Source: a virus
Taxonomy: Duplodnaviria > Caudoviricetes
Reading direction: 5' to 3' (one strand)
Virus record (IMG/VR): IMGVR_UViG_3300031566_000311
Location: 1 to 26,615 of that record
Length of the DNA stretch: 26,615 nt
The position numbers were made by a program, and so were the translations under genes. Position 1 is the stretch's first letter. Every line of letters begins with the position of its first letter. This document shows positions 1 through 6,645 of this stretch, piece by piece. The notes beneath the pieces were generated by a model. It worked only from the letters and a program-made list of their open reading frames with translations, was not told the DNA's origin and ran no database searches.

Positions 1-183
1 AATTTTTTCAGCTCCTGCCTTATATAGTGTCGGTTTAGATGTTCCAGGTATAGTACCGTAATCTTTGCCTTCCTTTAGATTTGTTTGTACTAAATTTTGC
101 CATTGTGCTATTTTCTTTATGTCACTCCTAAAAGTAGTAATATCTGATTGATCAATTATTGATAAACTATTAACTTCTGACAT
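1..183 (-). CDS. N-terminal part of a phage early protein, putative ssDNA-annealing/recombination protein (runs off window)
   Basis: Hand translation from ATG 183 after SD AAGGAGG: MSEVNSLSIIDQ...KDYGTIPGTSKPTLYKAGAEKI. The DYGxIPGTxKPTLxKAGAEK motif recurs in phage recombination modules; lies near a Gam-like gene. Confidence 0.6.
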   Translation of the reverse strand, partial: MSEVNSLSIIDQSDITTFRSDIKKIAQWQNLVQTNLKEGKDYGTIPGTSKPTLYKAGAEKI

Positions 184-378
184 TTATTTTTCCTCCTTTA
201 AATTTTCTAATGGACACCAGTCGGGAATGATGCTTACATCGTCAATTCTTCTTTGAAAAACATCTTCGTGAAAACAGTAATATACTCCCGTTTTAAAATC
301 TAAATTATCATGGTCACAATATGGACATTTTTCTTTTTTTGTTTTACAACTTTTAATTTTAATTACCTTCATTACCAT
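184..378 (-). CDS. Small Cys-rich hypothetical protein
   Basis: 64 aa, CPYC...YYC...IPDWCPL; SD GGAGGAG; abuts both neighbours. Confidence 0.75.
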   Translation of the reverse strand: MVMKVIKIKSCKTKKEKCPYCDHDNLDFKTGVYYCFHEDVFQRRIDDVSIIPDWCPLENLKEEK

Positions 379-566
379 TCTCCTCCTAACCTTCCATTAT
401 TTTTTTGATATTCATACTTCTCGAACGTTATCACAGAATCCCGCTTGAAGGCGTAACCATAGCCGTGCAAGTTGATATCCCTTTGCCTTCGCTGTAATAT
501 GCTTTCCTCTTCCTCTATGGTGCGGCCGTTACCTTTTGCCAGTAGTCTGGCTGCGCGTGTAGGCAT
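372..566 (-). CDS. Hypothetical protein
   Basis: 64-aa ORF tightly packed between co-oriented genes. Confidence 0.6.
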   Translation of the reverse strand: MPTRAARLLAKGNGRTIEEEESILQRRQRDINLHGYGYAFKRDSVITFEKYEYQKNNGRLGGEW

Positions 567-568
567 AG

Positions 569-1033
569 CTAAAGGCCCCCATTCAGTTTGTAGCTAAACT
601 TTGGGTCCTGCGGTGTGATGGTCAGGCCTTCATCACATACATCATCGTGGCCTATAATCCCTTCTGTACAATCCTTCTTTAGTTGTGCTTTCTTAAATTC
701 TTCGACTACTTTAATATATTTTTCTGCTCTGTCGTCATATCGTTTAGCCCAACTGATTAATTTAGGTATGTCATATTCCCACCTATCCGGCATAGCCCGA
801 TAAGCACAGTAGCCCGCAGGAGTTTCGATTTTACGCTCACCTGACTTAGATAAGTTATTTTCAAGTGAAAGTTCCCTATTCTCGATTACCTCCGCAAACT
901 CTTTAATCTTTTCGTTGTTGTCCTTGCACAAGGTCTCGTTCTGCCTTTGCAGGATTAGGATATCCAACTTTGCTTTAGCTATATTCTTCAAGTCATCTTC
1001 TACTGTCATTTTAAATACATCAGTGTTAACCAT
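569..1033 (-). CDS. Mu Gam-like host-nuclease inhibitor / Gp157-like protein
   Basis: 154 aa, N-terminal coiled coil then KIETPAGYCAYR...LISWAK...YIKVVEEFKKAQLKK, the Gam-family pattern; SD GGGAGG. Confidence 0.7.
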   Translation of the reverse strand: MVNTDVFKMTVEDDLKNIAKAKLDILILQRQNETLCKDNNEKIKEFAEVIENRELSLENNLSKSGERKIETPAGYCAYRAMPDRWEYDIPKLISWAKRYDDRAEKYIKVVEEFKKAQLKKDCTEGIIGHDDVCDEGLTITPQDPKFSYKLNGGL

Positions 1034-1064
1034 TTACTTTTCCTCCCTTAATTAATATTTTTAC

Positions 1065-1184
1065 TTACCACTTAAACCGCCCATTAAAGTGCTTCATAGG
1101 CATACCCCCTTTTTCCTTATGTAGTAGCCAGACTGTCCTTGCGATCATCAGTAGAAACAGTGCGAAAATTATGTTAAGAAACAT
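1065..1184 (-). CDS. 39-aa membrane peptide (not in ORF track)
   Basis: SD AAGGAGG then MFLNIIFALFLLMIARTVWLLHKEKGGMPMKHFNGRFKW*. Confidence 0.65.
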   Translation of the reverse strand: MFLNIIFALFLLMIARTVWLLHKEKGGMPMKHFNGRFKW

Positions 1185-1566
1185 TGTAATCCTCCTTAAA
1201 ATAGATATGTTTTAAATAAAATATTCTACTTTTAACTTCAGCTTCAGTTGGAACATTTTTCAGTTTTCTTAACCACTCAATAATATCAAAGACCATATCC
1301 CAGCTTACCCACCCCATTACTGTATCTCCGTCTAATTCAATCATCACATCATCTTTAACATTCCACATAGCTATTTCACAATTAGTCCTTATAGTATTCC
1401 GGGTTAATTTGCAATGATTTCTTGTTGGGTCTTCAGAACAATAATTTCCCCATCCTGCCTGTGTAGATAAACACCAACCATTTACTAAAAAATGTATTCC
1501 TTTGCCACAACCTTTTTCAACATCATTTGTTGGCATTGTCTCACCAAATAATTTTAAATTTAACAT
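1174..1566 (-). CDS. Hypothetical early protein
   Basis: 130 aa with strong SD AAGGAGGTG. Confidence 0.8.
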   Translation of the reverse strand: MLNLKLFGETMPTNDVEKGCGKGIHFLVNGWCLSTQAGWGNYCSEDPTRNHCKLTRNTIRTNCEIAMWNVKDDVMIELDGDTVMGWVSWDMVFDIIEWLRKLKNVPTEAEVKSRIFYLKHIYFKEDYNVS

Positions 1567-1594
1567 TTCATTTCACCTCCTTCCTTATTTTTTT

Positions 1595-1702
1595 TTACCC
1601 CAGCAACCTAACCCAGCCCAACAGCTTGATCACGCAGAACACCGCGAACCCGAACACGAGCAAGCCTGCGATAATGCTTGCGTTAAGATTTAGTCTTGTC
1701 AT
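1595..1702 (-). CDS. 35-aa single-TM hydrophobic peptide (not in ORF track)
   Basis: SD AAGGAGGT then MTRLNLNASIIAGLLVFGFAVFCVIKLLGWVRLLG*. Confidence 0.7.
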   Translation of the reverse strand: MTRLNLNASIIAGLLVFGFAVFCVIKLLGWVRLLG

Positions 1703-1718
1703 GGTTGACCTCCTTTTC

Positions 1719-1895
1719 TGCCTGCCCTGACAGGATTCCCCACCCTGTACCCCAATTTATATAATCAATTTAGTTACTGGCTTATTTGATTATTCAGCGC
1801 TAATGTAAGCTGACTTCCACAAAGTAGTTATATCGTTTATAACTACGCTACGTCTTTCAGTCCAGACCTGACGCCAGAACGCCACAAGGCAGGCA
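1719..1895 (-). ncRNA. Multi-hairpin structured RNA / 5' leader
   Basis: 11-bp closing stem 1885-1895 with 1719-1729 (G-U on the minus strand); inner hairpins 1824-1846, 1761-1793, 1730-1748. Confidence 0.6.
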
Positions 1896-1902
1896 TGATT
1901 AC

Positions 1903-1944
1903 AAAATAAAAAAAGCCCTGAAAATATTGCTATTCTCAAGGCTT
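1903..1944 (-). terminator. Intrinsic terminator
   Basis: AAGCCUUGAGAAUA-GCAA-UAUUUUCAGGGCUU followed by a U-tract. Confidence 0.8.
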
Positions 1945-1971
1945 ACTAATTGACTTATTCTATTTTAGATG

Positions 1972-2002
1972 TTTACCGTATGGTTACCAGTAGGTTACCA
2001 TA
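1972..2002. promoter_or_regulatory. Putative operator array (TTACC x3 at 11-bp period)
   Basis: TTTACCGTATGGTTACCAGTAGGTTACCATA contains two overlapping TTACC-N4-GGTTA dyads downstream of an HTH gene. Confidence 0.5.
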
Positions 2003-2072
2003 TGATATATTATAGGCCGTTAAAAAAAGACTAAAGAAATGAAAGCCTTGAAAATCCCCGCTTATTCGGTTG

Positions 2073-2105
2073 TTACCGATTTGGGAATTTTAGCACCTTT
2101 TTCAT
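2073..2105 (-). CDS. Putative 10-aa leader peptide MKKVLKFPNR
   Basis: SD GGGAGG shortly before ATG 2105; TAA at 2073-2075. Confidence 0.4.
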   Translation of the reverse strand: MKKVLKFPNR

Positions 2106-2123
2106 TATGTCCTCCCGGTATTA

Positions 2124-2312
2124 TTATTTATTTTCTTCTATAACCTTATCTATCTTTTCGATGGTATTTCTATTGATAGGTTCGGCATCTCCCCTAACCC
2201 AACGATACCAGGTAGTCGTACCGATACCTAATAGATGACACATCGTTACATAGTTGAGGTTCTTTCTAATACTGATTTCTATTAGCTTTTGGATTCTAAT
2301 GTTTTTTATCAT
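2124..2312 (-). CDS. Cro/XRE-like helix-turn-helix regulator
   Basis: YVTMCHLLGIGTTTWYRWVRGDAEP is an XRE-type HTH; ATG 2312 preferred because a promoter lies just upstream. Confidence 0.8.
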   Translation of the reverse strand: MIKNIRIQKLIEISIRKNLNYVTMCHLLGIGTTTWYRWVRGDAEPINRNTIEKIDKVIEENK

Positions 2313-2317
2313 ACCTA

Positions 2318-2345
2318 ATTTTACCATAAGATAATTATATTGCAA
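2318..2345 (-). promoter_or_regulatory. Sigma70-type promoter for the HTH gene, likely leaderless mRNA
   Basis: TTGCAA-16 nt-TAAAAT with extended -10 TG; -10 ends 5 nt before ATG 2312; no SD. Confidence 0.5.
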
Positions 2346-2643
2346 ATCTTATATAGGATGATGGCAAGTAGTATAATACCACAATGACCTATTATATGGG
2401 TATTATATAGTTCAGCCTTATGTATGCTTTAAAATGCTCGTATTTACTCGTATTAACAATAAAGCAGAGGAATAATATTAAAAAAAAATGAAAATAATTT
2501 AAAATATTTTTACCCTACTAAAATTACACGCTGTAAGCCTTTATAATTACCATTTCGTTTTTTAAGGCGTCTGTGAGGCTCGTGGTGGCGTTTCTTGGTT
2601 TTTACATTATATCATAAGCAGGATTTGTAAGATTTGCAGGTGT

Positions 2644-3309
2644 TTAGGCAGGTATAGGTACAGGTTTTGATATGAGGGATATTTTTAGAGCAGGCTGGAA
2701 TGGTTTAAATAATTTACTACCCTTAATTAAATTTTCTTTTGCCGGAAGAAGTCTTAAATTTTTCAATGCCCAACATTTTTTGAAATCAGGGTGTTCTAAT
2801 TTACTAAAGTTAAAAGCAGAGATAGGTATGATATGATCAATGTGAAGTTTACCTTGTAAAAAATCACCCCAAGTGTAATTTTGAGGGAGAGTCTTTTGTA
2901 AATGATTCTTTAAATCATCTAAAGTATAATTTACTATACTTTCCCATTTGCTTCCTGCTTTATTACCTTTTAGGGAATATCTTATACTACTTGAAATTTT
3001 TTCGTTTAAATTAAATTTTAAATCTATTTTATATTTTATTGCGAAACGTTGGTTTGCATTATTTCTTATAAATTCGCAATTGTTGTTAAGATATTGTTTT
3101 CTATATTCTGCTATTTTATCTCTATTATCAATACGATATTGCTTTTTATATTTCTTCGTAGCTTGTCTATATAATTTCATATATTCTTTATTTTCTTTTT
3201 TGTTTTTCTGAATCCATCTGTCGTAACGAATTTTACTTAATTTTGCTATTCTTTCTTTATTATCAATGCGATATTGCCTCATATAATCTTTCTCTTTTTC
3301 TGTAACCAT
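2644..3309 (-). CDS. HNH endonuclease with basic helical N-terminal repeats
   Basis: LHIDHIIP...CWALKNLRLLPAKENLIKG HNH motif; YRIDN repeats; SD AAGGAG. Confidence 0.85.
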   Translation of the reverse strand: MVTEKEKDYMRQYRIDNKERIAKLSKIRYDRWIQKNKKENKEYMKLYRQATKKYKKQYRIDNRDKIAEYRKQYLNNNCEFIRNNANQRFAIKYKIDLKFNLNEKISSSIRYSLKGNKAGSKWESIVNYTLDDLKNHLQKTLPQNYTWGDFLQGKLHIDHIIPISAFNFSKLEHPDFKKCWALKNLRLLPAKENLIKGSKLFKPFQPALKISLISKPVPIPA

Positions 3310-3328
3310 ATTATCTCCTTACCTTTTT

Positions 3329-3357
3329 ATTATAACACTTTGGAGTGGTTTATGCAA
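3329..3357 (-). promoter_or_regulatory. Sigma70-type promoter for HNH gene
   Basis: TTGCAT-17 nt-TATAAT with extended -10 TG. Confidence 0.75.
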
Positions 3358-3395
3358 ATAAATAACCCCCTAGAACTCTTGAATTTCTAGGGGGT
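3356..3395 (-). terminator. Intrinsic terminator ending the late/accessory transcript
   Basis: 11-bp inverted repeat ACCCCCTAGAA/TTCTAGGGGGT (3365-3395) followed by UAUUUAUUU on the minus strand. Confidence 0.75.
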
Positions 3396-3806
3396 AGGAG
3401 GAAAAAATGAATCCAGGATAAAACCCGCCTGGCCGGGATAAGGCTTCTCGATTTGTTACATCAACCTGCTTAATCATGTCCTTAATTATGTATCTAATCG
3501 TGAGCTAACCGGAATTACCGGATAACTGTACTCAAAATCTACTACGATTGTACTCAATATGGGTTACTACCCTATATATCGAACATAGATAGTTGGTTAC
3601 TGTAAGTGTCGCTATTTGGTATAAAACGGTCATGTTTCGTTACTGTATTATTCGCTAAAAATGATTATTTATACCGTTTATTCCGTAATGATAATAGATA
3701 AATCTGTATTATCACTTAGTGCAGGATTGAATAATAGTGGGTAACGTTATTATCATTTATGACACAATCCTGCAATTATTTCTCCAACGTGCTAAAAAAC
3801 GGTCTT

Positions 3807-4016
3807 TCAGGAATTAAATACAAATATATAGATAGCAAATACTAAAGTAATTCCGAATGTCATTGCTGATATAACAAATATAGCACCACCTATAAACCAA
3901 ATAAAGGGATGTTTTATTTCTTTTATATATTCACAATTATTGAAATGTTTATCGAGCCAATTAGTTAATAACATTAATATTGTAGTTATCGCAAATGAGA
4001 TTAAACAACGATTCAT
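3807..4016 (-). CDS. Small two-TM membrane protein
   Basis: SD AAAGGAG before ATG 4016 (MNRCLISF...); two hydrophobic segments. Confidence 0.7.
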   Translation of the reverse strand: MNRCLISFAITTILMLLTNWLDKHFNNCEYIKEIKHPFIWFIGGAIFVISAMTFGITLVFAIYIFVFNS

Positions 4017-4057
4017 TATTATCTCCTTTTTCAGCAAATGCTGAAACGTCTTTTATT

Positions 4058-4165
4058 TTAGTCACCGGGATAATATAATAGCCGACCAAGTAGCTCCAGC
4101 TCAGCATCGTTGCGTTCTTGTGGGTTGTCATTATCTATTTTATCGAGCAAATCAAAATAATCCAT
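4058..4165 (-). CDS. 35-aa acidic peptide (not in ORF track)
   Basis: SD GGAGGAG; MDYFDLLDKIDNDNPQERNDAELELLGRLLYYPGD*. Confidence 0.6.
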   Translation of the reverse strand: MDYFDLLDKIDNDNPQERNDAELELLGRLLYYPGD

Positions 4166-4200
4166 TAATATACTCCTCCGTATAATACTTTACCTGACAC

Positions 4201-4332
4201 TTACCGATAATCAATATTTTGTCTGGTAGATTTGACACACTCCAACTTTCTCCTTATCTTTTCAGGCATATCTTCTATCTTCCAGCCATACCGTAGCTTT
4301 GATAGCCAGATATCGATAATATATATTTCCAT
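4201..4332 (-). CDS. 43-aa hypothetical peptide (not in ORF track)
   Basis: SD AAAGGA; MEIYIIDIWLSKLRYGWKIEDMPEKIRRKLECVKSTRQNIDYR*. Confidence 0.5.
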   Translation of the reverse strand: MEIYIIDIWLSKLRYGWKIEDMPEKIRRKLECVKSTRQNIDYR

Positions 4333-4514
4333 TAACTAACCGTCCTTTATGTAAACCCCTCCGCTATTCTTTGTAAACGTAACTTTCACACTAACATTAT
4401 GTTAAATGTTCGTTTAATAGTGAACAATCCTACGGCGTGAACATTATTTGCCGTTACATTGTAACTGCATTATGTGTCCTATGGTGCTACATTCTGCATA
4501 CTCGATATAACAAA

Positions 4515-4674
4515 GCCCGGCTTTAGCCAATGCCCTCACCGGGCGGTTGATGGACCTGCCTTTTGTGGTAGCTATGGTGACGTCTGCCATAACCTATTAC
4601 TCCTTTTGTTACAGGCATTACTACCCGTCAGGGTGCGCATTGCTAAGAGGCGTAACGAGTATATACAGGCAGTC
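4515..4674 (-). ncRNA. Candidate structured ncRNA
   Basis: GC-elevated intergenic stretch; closing stem 4667-4674/4553-4561, inner stems 4624-4659 and 4571-4593, 3' hairpin 4515-4544. Confidence 0.45.
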
Positions 4675-4698
4675 ATATAAACTACCTAACCGATATAA

Positions 4699-4923
4699 TT
4701 AATCGGGGAGTCGTATAAATTTCTTACATTCCCAAACTGGTGTGGTAACATGATGTAATTTATCAAATTCAAAAAGTAAATTAGCAATCTGACAATTTGC
4801 TTCTCTGTCTTCTGGTTTGAATAATTTACATAAATAACATAGACAATATTCCCGATGTTTACCTTTTAAATATTTTCCAACAGATACCTCTACTCCATGA
4901 TGTTTATATTTAACAATCAACAT
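4699..4923 (-). CDS. Small Cys-rich hypothetical protein
   Basis: 74 aa, CLCYLC...NCQIA...WECKKF; SD AAAGGAGG. Confidence 0.8.
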   Translation of the reverse strand: MLIVKYKHHGVEVSVGKYLKGKHREYCLCYLCKLFKPEDREANCQIANLLFEFDKLHHVTTPVWECKKFIRLPD

Positions 4924-4948
4924 TTATTCTTCCTCCTTTCTAAAAATC

Positions 4949-5032
4949 TGGTGGAGGTGGTGGGGTCTCCCCCACGTGTCCAGAAATAGCTAACCAACAT
5001 AGTTGGCACTATACTGGTCGAATAGCACCCCC
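4949..5032 (-). ncRNA. tmRNA tRNA-like-domain-only RNA (mini-tmRNA)
   Basis: 5' GGGGGUG pairs with CACCUCC-ACCA 3' (G3-U70, discriminator A, encoded CCA); UUCGAC motif, capped P2-like hairpin, T-arm stem GUGGG/CCCAC; no tag reading frame. Confidence 0.75.
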
Positions 5033-5036
5033 ATAA

Positions 5037-5936
5037 TTACTTATACTTACTTAAATCTCTGAACAGCGGATTGAATAAATCAGGGTATCCATTCTCAACG
5101 GTTAAAAAGCCCTGATTCCATAAAGGGTAAGTATTTGTGGTCTGAATATATGCCACTTTATCAGGGTCAAATAACCCTCCGCTGTTAATGACGACATATT
5201 TACCGCTTTCACTAATGGACATATCGCAGAAGTGACCATGTGCAGATATGATATTCATTTCATACTTACCTGCTAAACGGTAAGGGATTCTACCTTTAAT
5301 CTGGCTGTAATTTTTAGGATGACATATTCTCCATTTCTTTTTACCACTTGTCAATATAATATGGTCACGATTGGTAATCTGGTATTGGTATACATTGTCG
5401 GTAAATAGTTTGAATATATCCCTTAAACCGACTTTGCCTTGAAAGATAGACATTAACCTGTTCAGTTCATGATTACCCATGTTGACAATGATTTCTTTAA
5501 AGTTATCTTCTAATATATGTAATGCCTTCATAGTTTCTATTCTCTCGTATGTAAAATCTCTTGCAGTATTTTCTTCCGGTGTTTTCTGTTCAAAATATGA
5601 GAAGGCATCCACGTTAAGCAAGTCACCGTCAATAATACAGGTGTTAATCTTTTTCTCTTTAGAAACATTCAGCATGACATTAAATAATTCTTTATCATGT
5701 AGGGGAATGTGAACATCACAGATTACCATGATTTTCTTTTTTTTGATTTGTAAAGGTTCAAATAAGCGTCTTTCTTTCTCTATACAGTATCGAATATTCT
5801 GTTTTACATCATCTTGTTTATCTTTGGGAAATCTACCGCAATCATTACAGAAATATTTTTTTTTATATTCGCCTTTATAGGTCGAATGACCATAAGGCGA
5901 TAAATCCATTGACCCACAATAAGGACAATTTACGAT
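5037..5936 (-). CDS. Calcineurin-like metallophosphoesterase with N-terminal zinc ribbon
   Basis: CDVH, GDLLN, GNHE, CH and HGH motifs; in-frame extension IVNCPYCGS upstream of ATG 5909 pairs with CNDC; start placed at ATC 5936. Confidence 0.85.
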   Translation of the reverse strand: MVNCPYCGSMDLSPYGHSTYKGEYKKKYFCNDCGRFPKDKQDDVKQNIRYCIEKERRLFEPLQIKKKKIMVICDVHIPLHDKELFNVMLNVSKEKKINTCIIDGDLLNVDAFSYFEQKTPEENTARDFTYERIETMKALHILEDNFKEIIVNMGNHELNRLMSIFQGKVGLRDIFKLFTDNVYQYQITNRDHIILTSGKKKWRICHPKNYSQIKGRIPYRLAGKYEMNIISAHGHFCDMSISESGKYVVINSGGLFDPDKVAYIQTTNTYPLWNQGFLTVENGYPDLFNPLFRDLSKYK

Positions 5937-5958
5937 ATACTCTCACCTCCTACTTTAC

Positions 5959-6151
5959 TTATTCAAATTCAAAATATATTTCTATTCTATCATTGCTTTC
6001 GTCCTCGTATTCTTCCTTACTTATCTCAAGTCTGTCCTTGCAAAAAGGACAATAACTGACATATTTGTCCCCCTTTAAAGTGAAACGATATCACCCAGCC
6101 ACAATTCGGACATTCCCAATACTTCTCATCATTATACTTCCATCTTTCCAT
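5959..6151 (-). pseudogene. Zinc-ribbon protein split by a 1-nt frameshift
   Basis: Frame from ATG 6151 gives YWECPNCGW and stops at 6026; the +1 frame gives YVSYCPFCKDRLEISKEEY... to TAA 5959. Confidence 0.5.
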
Positions 6152-6630
6152 TCCTTCGGTGGTTCACAAATCCCACCATTACAATTATCTTTCTTCTTAT
6201 CTTTTACTTTTACTTCTTCCTTTAAAAGAAATTTAATTTTATCCTGTATCGCAAGGAAAGGATGAAAACCTATAATCCTATCAACCTCTACCCCATTTTT
6301 ATAGAATGCAATAACAGGCAACCCCCTGAAAGGTCTAAAATTGCTATTAAACTTTAAGGATTTGTCCACGTCTACCTTAAACCATGCAATTTTATCTTTG
6401 TTATACTGCTGATTAAATACAATTAATCTTTCGATAATCGGGTCCAACAGCTTACAATATTTACACCACTCAGCCCAAAAATCTATAACAACCAGTTTGT
6501 CAGACTGTAACATTTCTTCATAATTATCAGCGGTCAGGTCGATAGGTTTAGTTTGCTCTTCACATAAACCAAATATCGATAGAAGACTGACCACACATAA
6601 TATTAGGATGATCTTATTAACCATCTTCAT
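6091..6630 (-). CDS. Thioredoxin with N-terminal signal/anchor
   Basis: VVIDFWAEWCKYCK, KVDVD, GLP..FYKNG thioredoxin motifs; hydrophobic N-terminus; extra C-terminal CNGGIC. Confidence 0.9.
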   Translation of the reverse strand: MKMVNKIILILCVVSLLSIFGLCEEQTKPIDLTADNYEEMLQSDKLVVIDFWAEWCKYCKLLDPIIERLIVFNQQYNKDKIAWFKVDVDKSLKFNSNFRPFRGLPVIAFYKNGVEVDRIIGFHPFLAIQDKIKFLLKEEVKVKDKKKDNCNGGICEPPKEWKDGSIMMRSIGNVRIVAG

Positions 6631-6645
6631 AATTACCCTTCTTTA

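Noticed and set aside
1502-1730. Two plus-strand ORFs (1502-1693, 1527-1730)
   Set aside because: Antisense to SD-led minus-strand genes at 1174-1566 and 1595-1702.
4474-4680. 68-aa plus-strand ORF
   Set aside because: No SD, GTG start, against the local gene direction; better explained as the shadow of a structured minus-strand RNA.
4949-5032. Canonical tRNA-Ala or attP fragment
   Set aside because: No D-stem, no 7-nt anticodon loop and no TTCRA T-loop; both 5' and 3' acceptor strands are present, unlike a typical att duplication, and no integrase is nearby.
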